IMG/VR virus record: IMGVR_UViG_3300042377_000298
Coordinates: 1 to 61,042 of that record
Origin: a virus
Lineage: Duplodnaviria; Caudoviricetes
Direction: 5' to 3' (one strand)
Length of the DNA: 61,042 nt
Below are positions 1 through 10,395 of this stretch, piece by piece. Below the pieces are notes generated by a model that worked only from the letters and a program-made list of their open reading frames with translations, did not search any database and had not been told where the DNA came from. Within the stretch, counting starts at the first letter, position 1. Each line of letters opens with the position of its first letter. The position numbers and the translations under genes were made by a program.

Positions 1-2
1 AT

Positions 3-1844
3 GAAGTAATAGTAACGATAACAGAAGTAGCAGAAGAAGCTATTATTCAACTTACAGAAGTGTCTGAGAATGTTGTTGTTACTATTCAAGAAGCTTTGAA
101 TGGGGAAATTGGACTAACTGGTCCTCCTGGAGCAAGCGGCGGCTCAACCTCGGCATGGGAATATAACGCCAAGACCAACGCGACCAGCGGTTATCCGGGC
201 AACGGCTACCTTTTATGGAACAACGCAACGCAGACAAGCGCAACAAGTATCATTGTCTCACACCTCACCGATGACGACACCGACATTGAGCTTTTACTTT
301 CATTTTTCGTCGTCAATCAAAAAATCTTTATTCAAGACCGCGACGACTCAAGCAAAAATCAAGTGTGGCTAATCAGCGGAACGCCAACGGTGACAGGTGC
401 GAATACGTCGACGGCTTATTACACTTTTCCAGTCACTTTGGTATCATCAGCGGGCGGGGCATTTACGAACAACCACTCGATTTTATTTGGACAAATCTCG
501 GTAGCTACTAACGCCGTTACAAGCGCGACGACCAGCGATGGGACTTGCGCGTTGAGCGTGGCTAGTCTTGGCAGTCTTGGATTAGTTGAGGGTGCAACTG
601 GATTCCAGTTTGGAGATGTTGAGACGGCGGCTGGAATGTTGGCTTTCAATTTTGACAATACAAGACTTAGTTGGGAAAGTGAATTACCCACCCAAAGAAG
701 CTACGGATTTAATGTCTTAAATCTGGCGCAAGACGTTTTTTTATACATTCCGAACGCCACTGGCACACTTGCACTAACATCATCAACAACAGGCGTGCCA
801 GACAAGCTCACAGACGGCACGATTGCAGGAACGCTAACGCTCAACAGCACAAGCTACACCTACGGAACAGGGGCGGCGGCGGCTCATCGCACGGCTTTAG
901 GGCTTACAACGCTCGCAACGACAACCCCAGCGGTAAACGTAGCAACATTTCTCGAATCGCCAACCAGCGCGAATCTTGCAGCAGCGGTCACAGGCGAAAC
1001 GGGCAGCGGCGCATTGGTTTTTGGCACATCGCCGACAATCGACGCGCCAACGATCAGCGGCAGCGCAGCATTCACATCGACGACACGCCCGACATCGGCA
1101 GGCACTGGAATGCCATCGGCTACGAGCTTAATGACAAGAGACGATGTTGCGCTAGAGCCATTTTACAACCTCGGCAGTGTTTTCCGCGTATCGGCAACGC
1201 CCGCTTTTGCAAATAGCGGAACTGGCTCAGCGGCATCTCAAGCAGCAGGCGACCGATGGGCAGCATTAAGCTCAGGAACTTCCAATAGTGGCTGGGGGAG
1301 AGCGCAAATAGGTAGAGGTATCACAACAATCCCATCATTGTCTGGAGCAGGTATAAACTTTGCATCAAAACTGGGAGTTTCGATTGTTTTATGGCTTGGA
1401 AATTCGGCAGCAACTAATAACTTAAACATTTTTCGATTGCGTTTTGGTTCAGATAACACACCTGTTGCCGATGGCGTTGATGCTGTTTCGTATCGAGGAT
1501 TTGGTGTAGAAATTAAAGCACGTGGAACCTCACACGATTGGCGAGTGTATGGACACAATGGAACATCAATAACATATAGCGCATGGTCAAATACAGGATT
1601 GAACGCAAATTCACTTCAAAGCAGAATTTCCCTAACTGTAATGAGCAATGGTGCTGGAAGTATTACTGCTAGTATTGGCATAAATGGATCAAGAATACTA
1701 TCAACCATATCAACAACTGGTGGGCCAACTACGGCAGGCACTAGCGCACAATCTCAGGTTGAGTGCCATGTAGCAAACTCAGCTAGCGGAACATTGCCAT
1801 TGGCTGCCGCGCTTTACGATGCAATCTTTTACGCTCAATCATAA
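3..1844 (+). CDS. Tail fibre / receptor-binding protein (5'-truncated by window)
   Basis: The frame is open from position 3. Gly/Ser/Thr-rich, with a short collagen-like GLTGPPGASG and a 'TPTSANLAAAVTGETGSGALVFGTSPT'-type fibre segment. Confidence 0.75.
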   Translation, partial: EVIVTITEVAEEAIIQLTEVSENVVVTIQEALNGEIGLTGPPGASGGSTSAWEYNAKTNATSGYPGNGYLLWNNATQTSATSIIVSHLTDDDTDIELLLSFFVVNQKIFIQDRDDSSKNQVWLISGTPTVTGANTSTAYYTFPVTLVSSAGGAFTNNHSILFGQISVATNAVTSATTSDGTCALSVASLGSLGLVEGATGFQFGDVETAAGMLAFNFDNTRLSWESELPTQRSYGFNVLNLAQDVFLYIPNATGTLALTSSTTGVPDKLTDGTIAGTLTLNSTSYTYGTGAAAAHRTALGLTTLATTTPAVNVATFLESPTSANLAAAVTGETGSGALVFGTSPTIDAPTISGSAAFTSTTRPTSAGTGMPSATSLMTRDDVALEPFYNLGSVFRVSATPAFANSGTGSAASQAAGDRWAALSSGTSNSGWGRAQIGRGITTIPSLSGAGINFASKLGVSIVLWLGNSAATNNLNIFRLRFGSDNTPVADGVDAVSYRGFGVEIKARGTSHDWRVYGHNGTSITYSAWSNTGLNANSLQSRISLTVMSNGAGSITASIGINGSRILSTISTTGGPTTAGTSAQSQVECHVANSASGTLPLAAALYDAIFYAQS

Positions 1845-1848
1845 AATT

Positions 1849-2211
1849 ATGCTCACACCAAAAACACAACTTGAAAAAGACCTAGCGGAAAAAGACGCTG
1901 GAATCATCCGTGCAGCAACTGCTTTGCACTACGCTGGAACCGTTATTGCAGCGGAGAACGCGCAGTTCTGGGCTTTACCACAAGATCGTTTGCTTGCCGT
2001 TCTCAACGACAACGTAGAGCGCACGCTGGCAATGTTTGAAGCAAACAGCGCAGCGGCTAACGCAATAAATTCGTTGCTTGATCAGATCGACAACGAAGCG
2101 TTGAGTCATCGCGTTCCGACTGCCATGCCTGCAAACTGGGTTTTTGCAAACGGAGCATTTGCATACGCTGAGCCACAGCCTGAGCCTGAACCTGAATCTC
2201 TTCTAGAATAA
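1849..2211 (+). CDS. Hypothetical protein, possible tail fibre chaperone
   Basis: ATG after AT-rich AAATT, directly downstream of the fibre gene. PEPEPE C-terminus. Confidence 0.5.
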   Translation: MLTPKTQLEKDLAEKDAGIIRAATALHYAGTVIAAENAQFWALPQDRLLAVLNDNVERTLAMFEANSAAANAINSLLDQIDNEALSHRVPTAMPANWVFANGAFAYAEPQPEPEPESLLE

Positions 2212-2216
2212 ATATC

Positions 2217-2399
2217 ATGATTGAGGAACACAGTGCGACATACAATATTGTCAATGGGCTTATCGGCATTGCCGCATCCTCATTAGGGGTCATTACTCAG
2301 TTCCAAGAACAATTGGATTGGGCTTTGAAAACATCTTCTACAATGTTATTAATTTGTGTTTCTATTGTTACTCTTTACAACCTATTGAAAAAGAAATGA
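2217..2399 (+). CDS. Holin-like membrane protein
   Basis: 60 aa, two hydrophobic segments, basic C-terminus (LKKK), upstream of the endolysin. Confidence 0.55.
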   Translation: MIEEHSATYNIVNGLIGIAASSLGVITQFQEQLDWALKTSSTMLLICVSIVTLYNLLKKK

Positions 2400-2593
2400 A
2401 CCAAAAACAATCTAGAGCAAGACTATCTCTGTATATTCTTATTGCAATGGGAACAAGTGCCAGCGCTGGCTTAACAACAGTTGATTTTTCGGATTGGCGA
2501 GAGACTGTTTCATTTATGCTATCAGTTGCAATGACAGGATTAATAACGGCACGAAGCTACATCGACCAAACACCAAGCAGAATTGATCAATGA
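2396..2593 (+). CDS. Holin/antiholin-like membrane protein
   Basis: ATGA overlap with the previous gene. Two hydrophobic helices. Confidence 0.55.
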   Translation: MNQKQSRARLSLYILIAMGTSASAGLTTVDFSDWRETVSFMLSVAMTGLITARSYIDQTPSRIDQ

Positions 2594-3063
2594 ACTACAG
2601 AATTCTTCATCCAATTAAAGAAGGAAAGCGCAAATATAGATTTGCAGCAGTGGGAGTAAATTGCATAGCCTTGAAGGGTAAGTTATCACAGCATCCGAAT
2701 GTTGAGTTCTACAGCGCTGACGGAGTGCTAAGAGCATGGATTAAGAACGGATGGATGTTCGCAACAAACGAGTATTTTTGGAACGGTTGCAGCCCTAAAA
2801 AATACGTCGGGATTCACCCGTTTGGATTTTGGGCGGGAACACCAGACTTTGCTGGCACCATCGAAGCATCATTTTGGCACGATGTTCTTTTCCAGTTCTC
2901 GGCGGTCGGCATGTATGACTTGCGTGATGCAAATTATCAATTTTTATATCTCATGGAACGTAACGGCTTTACTCTTGCCAGTCACTACTACGATGCTGTT
3001 GAAGCATATGGAGATAAGTATTTTGGCAAAGACAAAGATGGAGTATATGTTAAAATTTTATAA
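2590..3063 (+). CDS. DUF1353-like phage protein
   Basis: 'WNGCS...ASFWHDVLFQ...DANYQF' resembles the DUF1353 pattern. ATGA coupling. Confidence 0.5.
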   Translation: MNYRILHPIKEGKRKYRFAAVGVNCIALKGKLSQHPNVEFYSADGVLRAWIKNGWMFATNEYFWNGCSPKKYVGIHPFGFWAGTPDFAGTIEASFWHDVLFQFSAVGMYDLRDANYQFLYLMERNGFTLASHYYDAVEAYGDKYFGKDKDGVYVKIL

Positions 3064-3138
3064 GATATGTTAACGAAATCTGTTTCGGGAACATAAGCAA
3101 AAACATTGGATACCAATGAACTCACATAACAATAAATT

Positions 3139-3270
3139 ATGAAAAAATTAATTACAATTATTCTAACAATTATGCTTGCGTCGTGCGTAGAAAAAATTAC
3201 AGTGCAGGGGCAATACGGGGAATATTCCTTCAAACCCCGCAAAGTAATCGTCATCGAGGAGGCTAAATGA
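3139..3270 (+). CDS. Small lipoprotein (spanin-like), not in ORF track
   Basis: MKKLITIILTIMLASC has a signal peptide and LASC lipobox. 43 aa, ATGA overlap with the endolysin. Confidence 0.65.
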   Translation: MKKLITIILTIMLASCVEKITVQGQYGEYSFKPRKVIVIEEAK

Positions 3271-3860
3271 ATAAACAACAAATCACAGCAATGCAGCAAC
3301 GCATTCATGACAAGTTTGATAAGAACTTAATAGTGGATGGATTTTGGGGACAACGATCAATTGTTGCATGTCAAAGTTATCTACGTTCACTTATGCCTAG
3401 CCCTAATCCATGGCCTCGTAGTGACCAAGGAAGCCTTAATAAGTTTTATGGTAAAGCTGGTGATGAAAGCAATCTTGTCTCAATTACTTTCCCATTCCCA
3501 ATGTATTATGATGGGAAGCTTGTAAAAACAACACGCGTAAATAAGCGTTGTTCCGCATCATTACTTCGGGTCTTGACAGCTATTAGCGACAAGTATCACG
3601 GGAACAAGGAAGTCATTGAAGAAGCTGAAGACTATGGTGGGGTGTTCAACAACCGCAACAAACGGGGAGGCTCTTCCAAATCCCTTCATGCCTTTGGCGC
3701 TGCCATTGACATGGATGCGGATGACAATACTTTCAAAGATTCTTGGCCAATGATTGCTGATATGCCATTGGAGATTATGGAAGAGTTTGCTAAGGAGGGT
3801 TGGTTGTCTGCTGGCGCTTTTTGGGGTTATGATGGGATGCATTTTCAGGCAACAATTTAA
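3267..3860 (+). CDS. Endolysin, peptidase M15 family
   Basis: R...SLHAFGAAID and DGMHFQ zinc-binding motifs. Short N-terminal 'VDGFWG' peptidoglycan-binding-like segment. Confidence 0.85.
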   Translation: MNKQQITAMQQRIHDKFDKNLIVDGFWGQRSIVACQSYLRSLMPSPNPWPRSDQGSLNKFYGKAGDESNLVSITFPFPMYYDGKLVKTTRVNKRCSASLLRVLTAISDKYHGNKEVIEEAEDYGGVFNNRNKRGGSSKSLHAFGAAIDMDADDNTFKDSWPMIADMPLEIMEEFAKEGWLSAGAFWGYDGMHFQATI

Positions 3861-3878
3861 ATTAAGTTAAATCAAATT

Positions 3879-4673
3879 ATGAAGACAACGAGCAAAGTTC
3901 TATTAAATATTAGTGATCTGCACGTTGGATCAACCGTTGGGCTATGGCCTAAAGACTTCATTACTAATGAAGGAAACCATATTGGTCAAAACAACTTTCA
4001 GAAATGGTTGTGGTTGTGTTGGGTAGATATGCAGTCTTGGGCATGGAAGGTTATTGGAGATGATGACTTTGATATTGTTATTAATGGTGATGCTATTGAT
4101 GGAATTCACCACAGAACCTTACAAGTAATGACACCTGATGTAGGGGATCAATTCGCAGCCGTTAAGCATATACTTGGTGACATGGCAAAAAAATGTAAAA
4201 ATATCCATATCATCAAAGGAACGGAATGCCACACAACTAACTTTGAGATTGCACTAGGTCACGCTCTAGGCGCATCGAAAGACAAATCCACAGGTCAACA
4301 TGCATGGGACAACCTCGACTTAGAAGTTCACGGAACGCTTTATAACTTTGCGCATCACATTAGTGCGACAGCGCGAACATACCTCGAGGCGAGCGCACAC
4401 AGCATCATGCTGGGCAACCTGACCCATTCACGAGCAAGGACAGGCAAGCCAGTTCCAAAGGTCATGGTAAGGGCGCACAGGCATCGCCACGGCATCTGGC
4501 AGGATGGCAATCAGACAAGTGCAATTTGTGGAGCTTGGCAGGGGTTAACTCGATTTGGACATAAAGTAGTTCCAGACGCGATCCCGCAACCTAGCGCAAT
4601 TATCTTTGATCATCGTGGGCTTGATAAAAACGAAACGCCACTAATCCACCAACGAGTTTACACAGCAAAATGA
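3879..4673 (+). CDS. Calcineurin-like metallophosphoesterase
   Basis: SDLHVG, NGDAIDG, KGTECH, HH and HRH motifs. Confidence 0.8.
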   Translation: MKTTSKVLLNISDLHVGSTVGLWPKDFITNEGNHIGQNNFQKWLWLCWVDMQSWAWKVIGDDDFDIVINGDAIDGIHHRTLQVMTPDVGDQFAAVKHILGDMAKKCKNIHIIKGTECHTTNFEIALGHALGASKDKSTGQHAWDNLDLEVHGTLYNFAHHISATARTYLEASAHSIMLGNLTHSRARTGKPVPKVMVRAHRHRHGIWQDGNQTSAICGAWQGLTRFGHKVVPDAIPQPSAIIFDHRGLDKNETPLIHQRVYTAK

Positions 4674-4927
4674 AAACCATCGGAAACAGAAAGCAAGTCA
4701 TGAGCGCACTTGATTATGCGCTGGAACAAACTGAGACAGTGAAGCGAAAAGATGATGAATTCACATCAAGCGAGTTTTATAATGCATTGATTGCTAAGGG
4801 TGTAAAAATATCCAACTCAGGCGCAATGTACCGGTTGAAGGAAATGGTTGCTAGGAGAGAACTAGTAAAGCGCAAAACTATGATCAACGGCGCAACAACC
4901 AATTTATATAGTAAACCTAGCCTTTAA
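4670..4927 (+). CDS. Small winged-HTH-like protein
   Basis: ATGA-coupled. Helix-helix-wing pattern (FTSSEF...YRLKEMV...LVKRK...LYS). Confidence 0.45.
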   Translation: MKTIGNRKQVMSALDYALEQTETVKRKDDEFTSSEFYNALIAKGVKISNSGAMYRLKEMVARRELVKRKTMINGATTNLYSKPSL

Positions 4928-5150
4928 TAAGGATTCTGTTATTAAACATAATGAACGTATCCTTTAATATGGATGATAGCCAATCTGCGTAACCTCAAAT
5001 CTTCAAAGTAATTTTTACGTAATGATAGTTTATTTTTGCACAATAAACTAACATGGTTTATTGTGCATTAAGCCCTATGAAAACCCTATATTGACATAAG
5101 AATTATTTAGTCTTGCCAACAATATAAAATCAATTAACTTCTTTTCAGGT

Positions 5151-6413
5151 ATGAGTATTCCAATGCAGCGGTATCCAATCTTTGATGTTTCGACACCTTT
5201 GCGTGACTTAATATTCTATGAGGTTGTAGACTTCAATATTAGGTCAAATAGAGATATGGCATATGGAACGCCTCACCATAATGTTCCTGCTTATCCTAAT
5301 CATGAACTTGTTTACATTATGCCAAATGACAAAGAGGCTAAAACTTATCGTTTTTACTATGCTGCAAAAAGAGAAAATCAAGATGACTACAATTGGGAAA
5401 TACAAACTGGTGAACAATTGACCAGAACTTATGTTATTAAGCGTGAATTATATTTTGAAAGATCCTCATTGGAAGCAGAAGTTGTTGATGAGTTTACGTA
5501 TCCTGCAATTGGAACGCCAGATATTCGCTTTCCTAAATACGGCTTTGCAGATGATTCGGTAATGCAAAGTAACCAAGAAATTACGAGTCTTTATGTTTTT
5601 GTAAAAAGAAGATTCATCGAGCCAATTACTTCGGAGCTTAATTGGGATGATGACTTGGAAAGATATGTTTTAATCACAAAAGAAATTATTCCAGCAGAGG
5701 TTTACCCAACTCCTCCAGTAAGAATAGCTGGCTACACTAGTGAGGTTAAGCAGGGCAATACTTTTTTTGATGCAAAAATAACTAGACAGGTAATTGGAGA
5801 AAGTAATGAAATTGGAGACGAGCAAACATATCCTTATGAACTTGCTCCTATTCCTAGGTCAATTGATCAACCATTTCCTGCAAAGCTAAACTCTATTGAC
5901 TTAGTTACGGCATGGGCTTGGGCTATTTCAACAAGTGCTGCGCCAGCTTATGATGAGGCACATTATTGGAGATGGAACATTGTATCCGCTCGTCCCGGCC
6001 CTTATTCTGCTACATCAAGAAGATTTATTACTGACGATCCTGAAACAATTCAATTGCTTTATCCAATTGATATTATTCCAAAGCCAGTAAGAGATGTAAT
6101 TGGAATTGTTTATTCTTGGTTTAGCGCAGGTCAACAAGGAAATATTGCAGTAGCTTCAGCAAGTGAGGTGGAAGTTCCTTCAACTATTCACGATGAGATT
6201 ATTGTGGCTGAGAATTTAGAACCAGATGGTCCAACTGCCTCAGAACTAAAAAAAGCATACACTGAAACATTAGATGCGACTCCGGGCTACGCTGAGTTCA
6301 TGACAAAGATTGAAAATGGAACAGTAATCCTTGATCATAAAACGCAAAAAATGCCAATGGGTCTTTATATGGTAGAAGTTATTGAAGTAAACATTGAGAA
6401 TCTATATGGCTGA
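5151..6413 (+). CDS. Putative virion structural (tail) protein
   Basis: 420 aa, acidic and beta-rich, in the structural module. Confidence 0.5.
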   Translation: MSIPMQRYPIFDVSTPLRDLIFYEVVDFNIRSNRDMAYGTPHHNVPAYPNHELVYIMPNDKEAKTYRFYYAAKRENQDDYNWEIQTGEQLTRTYVIKRELYFERSSLEAEVVDEFTYPAIGTPDIRFPKYGFADDSVMQSNQEITSLYVFVKRRFIEPITSELNWDDDLERYVLITKEIIPAEVYPTPPVRIAGYTSEVKQGNTFFDAKITRQVIGESNEIGDEQTYPYELAPIPRSIDQPFPAKLNSIDLVTAWAWAISTSAAPAYDEAHYWRWNIVSARPGPYSATSRRFITDDPETIQLLYPIDIIPKPVRDVIGIVYSWFSAGQQGNIAVASASEVEVPSTIHDEIIVAENLEPDGPTASELKKAYTETLDATPGYAEFMTKIENGTVILDHKTQKMPMGLYMVEVIEVNIENLYG

Positions 6414-7422
6414 ACAAGAAGTAAATAGTATTGGGAAAACGCTTAAAGACTTTAATGCATCAGAAGATACATTAATGGGTTCTATGCCGAGCAACCCTCC
6501 GCGTGAAAGTTTTGTTTCTCCAGTTGGCGAGTATTTTGGTGGTCAAAAAGCTCCAATAATGTCACGGAAATTTGACGACAAGGTTGAAAATATTCCTAAA
6601 CGTTATGCTCCATTTACGCCTATTGTAGGAACAGTTGGAGCAACTTATAAAGTTTACATTACTGAAGGAACTTTGATTTGGTGCAATTGCTCAAATAATG
6701 GAAAGGTTTTTATGTACTTTGACCCTGTAGTAAAGGCTGGAGACAACTACATTGAGCACACTATTGCAGATGGGCAGTCATTATTATTATCTATCCCAGT
6801 AGGTTCTGATGGCGTTCCTAGCCCCGCTGCTGGCGACTTAGCGTTTTTTGTTGCTGACACTGCAACATATGATGGAGGAACACATTTCTACCCAGAAGTT
6901 GGAGATTATGCTGGCAATGCTGGCACTCATGTTTATAGGATGCTAGACTTTAGCCTAGTAGGTGATGCTCCAATAGTTGCATCTCGGCATTGTGGTTCGA
7001 ACTTGCTACATTATGATGAACGTGCTGAAATGATCAATGTTACAGATTCAATTGTTGATGGCGTTGATTATGGCGTTTTAAAAGAGGCTGATCCAGATTC
7101 AGATAGGATTACTTTCAGAACTCTTACACAAAAACCATATCCTGGAGTTGAAATTATTGATCCTGTTTCTGCCGACTCAATTCAAATAAGAAGAGTGAAA
7201 GAGCTTGATCTTTATCCACAAGTAAAGGTTCTTGAAGATGATGGAGCTATTTTAGTAAGGGGCAATAATGCTTATGGCTCACTATCTGTAACCAACTGCG
7301 ATGGGATTACTACAACTTTGTTATCGTGGGAAGATGGATTAATTACTACAGGAATAGACGTTCCTGAATATATTGACTTTGTTGCTGGATGTTCAGATTC
7401 GGGATCAGGAGGTATGGTGTGA
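6406..7422 (+). CDS. Putative virion structural protein
   Basis: ATG at 6406 overlaps the upstream stop. Acidic, Gly/Asp/Val-rich. Confidence 0.5.
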   Translation: MAEQEVNSIGKTLKDFNASEDTLMGSMPSNPPRESFVSPVGEYFGGQKAPIMSRKFDDKVENIPKRYAPFTPIVGTVGATYKVYITEGTLIWCNCSNNGKVFMYFDPVVKAGDNYIEHTIADGQSLLLSIPVGSDGVPSPAAGDLAFFVADTATYDGGTHFYPEVGDYAGNAGTHVYRMLDFSLVGDAPIVASRHCGSNLLHYDERAEMINVTDSIVDGVDYGVLKEADPDSDRITFRTLTQKPYPGVEIIDPVSADSIQIRRVKELDLYPQVKVLEDDGAILVRGNNAYGSLSVTNCDGITTTLLSWEDGLITTGIDVPEYIDFVAGCSDSGSGGMV

Positions 7423-8786
7423 CTTATGCTGCTATTGTTTGTTGCCATCAAGAAGATGCTTCAATGCTTCCATTCTTTATGTCACAATGGAAGAAGGTTT
7501 ATCCTGAAGTTCAACTATGGCTCGCTAATGACTCTGTCAGTCCAGTAATTGATGCCTGTGGACTTCCATTAACTAAAAAAGTAAAATGGGGCAAGGGTGT
7601 TGGTCGTGAGATGGTTGAGGCAATGTTGAGCACTGGCGCAGATATTGTTGCCAAGGTTGATGTTGATGGATGGCATCAAGAGCCATACTTATTTGCTCCT
7701 TTTGCGGATGAGAGTATAATGGCTTGTGGAATAGCTTGGCTCAATGATCCCGGACGCTTTCTTGGTATTGGCTATGCTGTAAGGCGTAAAGCATTGTCAC
7801 TTATTGAAATGTCAAACTCATGCGGAGATTGGGTAAGTTCGCAGGAGGATTTTTCTGTATGCAATGCTGTCAGGTTTGCTTTTCCTAATGGAGTATTTCT
7901 TTACAAAAATAAACATTGTCGCAGGGCTGACACCGATCCTAGCTCGTCTTCCGTGGTTCATTGCGGGATTCATGGACGCAACGACAAAGGAAGGAAACTT
8001 GCCTTAGGAGAAATGTTTAATTTGTCACAAGGTAACCCAGTTGTAGCAACCTTTGCAGAAACATGGATAGGATTGTCAATAATGCCCGATCGTCTGTCTT
8101 CTGCACGAAAAGTGCTAAACGGGCTACTTGCTAACACTCTTGCGCCTACTGGCATTGTTGTTGCAATACCTCACGTTATAAAAAGAACAGGGCAAGAATA
8201 CAGCTTAGAGTTTCTAGAAAGCATCTCATCTATTGACGAACGAATTAAAATTGTTCGATGCGAGGACAATGGTCCAATTACAAAGTATTTAGAACTTGTG
8301 AAGTATGTATCAAATCCAAAGGCTTTATGTATTATTGTTGATGATGACATTAATTATTCTTCTCAATTCATACAGCGCATGAGCGCAAACTATATGGCAG
8401 TAGATGATGAGGTTATATCCAATAATGTTTTAAGGGTAAGAGGGTTTGATTGGGTTGTTCCCGAAGGTTTTTCTGGAGTTGGTTTTATGCGCGACGTGAT
8501 TGAACTACCGCATTTTGAAAGCTATATTGAGTTTTCCAAACAGAACACGGAATCTTTTCTGGCTGATGATGCATTAATGGGCTTTTACTTTAACTTGATT
8601 GGCGCAAAAGTGTCTTCTTCTATTACTCAAATATTTACTACTCCAATGAATGAGAACTACGATGAAAACGCTTTGCACAAGATTGGCAAAGGACATTTGT
8701 CAAGATACAGACAAGTGATTGACTGGCTCAACAAAAATGTGCATACTTTTGAATACGCAATGCCACAACAATTAGAAAATAAATAA
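7419..8786 (+). CDS. Two-domain GT-A-like glycosyltransferase
   Basis: GTGA overlap start. N-domain KVDVDG and QED; C-domain 'EDNGPITKY...IIVDDDINY...ADDALMG'. Confidence 0.75.
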   Translation: MTYAAIVCCHQEDASMLPFFMSQWKKVYPEVQLWLANDSVSPVIDACGLPLTKKVKWGKGVGREMVEAMLSTGADIVAKVDVDGWHQEPYLFAPFADESIMACGIAWLNDPGRFLGIGYAVRRKALSLIEMSNSCGDWVSSQEDFSVCNAVRFAFPNGVFLYKNKHCRRADTDPSSSSVVHCGIHGRNDKGRKLALGEMFNLSQGNPVVATFAETWIGLSIMPDRLSSARKVLNGLLANTLAPTGIVVAIPHVIKRTGQEYSLEFLESISSIDERIKIVRCEDNGPITKYLELVKYVSNPKALCIIVDDDINYSSQFIQRMSANYMAVDDEVISNNVLRVRGFDWVVPEGFSGVGFMRDVIELPHFESYIEFSKQNTESFLADDALMGFYFNLIGAKVSSSITQIFTTPMNENYDENALHKIGKGHLSRYRQVIDWLNKNVHTFEYAMPQQLENK

Positions 8787-8790
8787 CTTT

Positions 8791-9660
8791 ATGACACCTA
8801 AGAAAATATCATCAGTTCAACGATTATTTGCAACAGCAACACCTCAGTCAAGTGGGTCATCTGGGACAATAATTATTAATGCAAATGCAGTTAATAAGAC
8901 ACTTAGCCCGACAACTTGTTTTCCATTGTTCCGCAAGGTTAGTATTTTTGATGCTACTGAAACTGGGACATGGCAGATTTCAGACTCTGAAGTGGTTGGT
9001 TCTGCTGCTTATGTTGCAGCAATTGCCCAGCAACACTCCATAACTTGCGTCGATCCAATTACGGAATTTTCCTACTTAGATATAGGAATAACATCTTCCG
9101 TATATTCGGCGCTTGACGATGATACTCTTGTCGTTAGAATTGGAATAACCTCTTCATCTTCCATAAATAAATTAAGTAGTCAATTAGCATTAAAACTCAA
9201 CCTCAATAAGCAATTCAGTCAATATTTTATTGCTTCATCCTCAAGCACAACATTAACAGTAAAAAGAATAATTGACACTTACGGATTAGTTACTGATGCA
9301 ACAATGAATGTTTCTCTTACTGTATTTAGTGGAGTAGGAACTGCTGTGCCAACATCTACAGAAAATGAAGCAGGTTCCTTAGCGCAAGGTGTTCTATGGG
9401 AAGGCAATGATCCAGTTGATGCAGAGGGCGTTAGCGTTCCTGTTCTTTACGGATTATTGAAGGCTTCTATGATTAATTGCATATCTGGACAAGGTAATGT
9501 TTTTGATTCTGTTACCGATCGTTTTATTCCAGCAATTGAGGGTAGTTGTGACAGTCATTGCAATAGTGGCGTATCAACTGGGTTTGGAGGGATTGTAACC
9601 GTATATTGCACAACTGCGCCATTTATCCTTGAAATGACATTTGTCGCGCTTATTGATTAA
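8791..9660 (+). CDS. Putative virion structural protein
   Basis: Ser/Thr-rich beta protein in the structural module. Confidence 0.45.
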   Translation: MTPKKISSVQRLFATATPQSSGSSGTIIINANAVNKTLSPTTCFPLFRKVSIFDATETGTWQISDSEVVGSAAYVAAIAQQHSITCVDPITEFSYLDIGITSSVYSALDDDTLVVRIGITSSSSINKLSSQLALKLNLNKQFSQYFIASSSSTTLTVKRIIDTYGLVTDATMNVSLTVFSGVGTAVPTSTENEAGSLAQGVLWEGNDPVDAEGVSVPVLYGLLKASMINCISGQGNVFDSVTDRFIPAIEGSCDSHCNSGVSTGFGGIVTVYCTTAPFILEMTFVALID

Positions 9661-9726
9661 TATTTCTTTAGTCAACTAAAGAATCAAGTTGATTATTTCA
9701 ATTGATAATAGTAGTTTTCTTTTGTC

Positions 9727-10395
9727 ATGTCGCAGTCAATTACATTTGCAGATGCCGCAGCTAGGTTTAGTGGCTTGGTTACTACTGAAGTCAACATTAC
9801 TGACGCTATTCAAGAGGTGGTAGATCGTGCTTATGAAATGGGACGATGGAGAGGAATGATTGAAGAAATTGAATGCACAACCAACCAATACGTCACCATT
9901 AGTGAAGACACTGAAAAACAAGAAGTTTATTTTGATTTTGACCCTGATCAATTTGACGGAGCTATTGGGTTCCGTCATGGAGGAAGAGGATACGGAATTA
10001 AGACATTAGTTTCTCTATACCAAGAAGATACAGGAGTTGGTAATTTGTCCTTTATTGATATTGGTGATGTTATTGTAGATGATGTCACTTACCGTCGCTA
10101 TCGAGCACCTCGTTCATGGAACACTCCCATAACGGAGCTGTACGCGCTTCTAAAGAAGGTTAGCAAGTCTCCGCTAGAAGATACAGACATTTTACCAATC
10201 AAAAGCATTGGCGCGCTTAAATCAGGCATTCTGGCAGTTGCATACGAAAACGTAAATGACATGGAGCGAGCAGATGCACATTGGCAAAAATTTATGCTAC
10301 TTATGGAAAGAGCACAGAAGCAATACAATGGAGGTCGGAAGATCTCTATTCGATTCAATGACAACATTAGAAAACGTCCAACCCAATTCAAATAA
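9727..10395 (+). CDS. Putative tail adaptor / tubular-A-like protein
   Basis: About 220 aa with helical termini, immediately before the ejection-type genes. Inferred from position and size. Confidence 0.45.
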   Translation: MSQSITFADAAARFSGLVTTEVNITDAIQEVVDRAYEMGRWRGMIEEIECTTNQYVTISEDTEKQEVYFDFDPDQFDGAIGFRHGGRGYGIKTLVSLYQEDTGVGNLSFIDIGDVIVDDVTYRRYRAPRSWNTPITELYALLKKVSKSPLEDTDILPIKSIGALKSGILAVAYENVNDMERADAHWQKFMLLMERAQKQYNGGRKISIRFNDNIRKRPTQFK

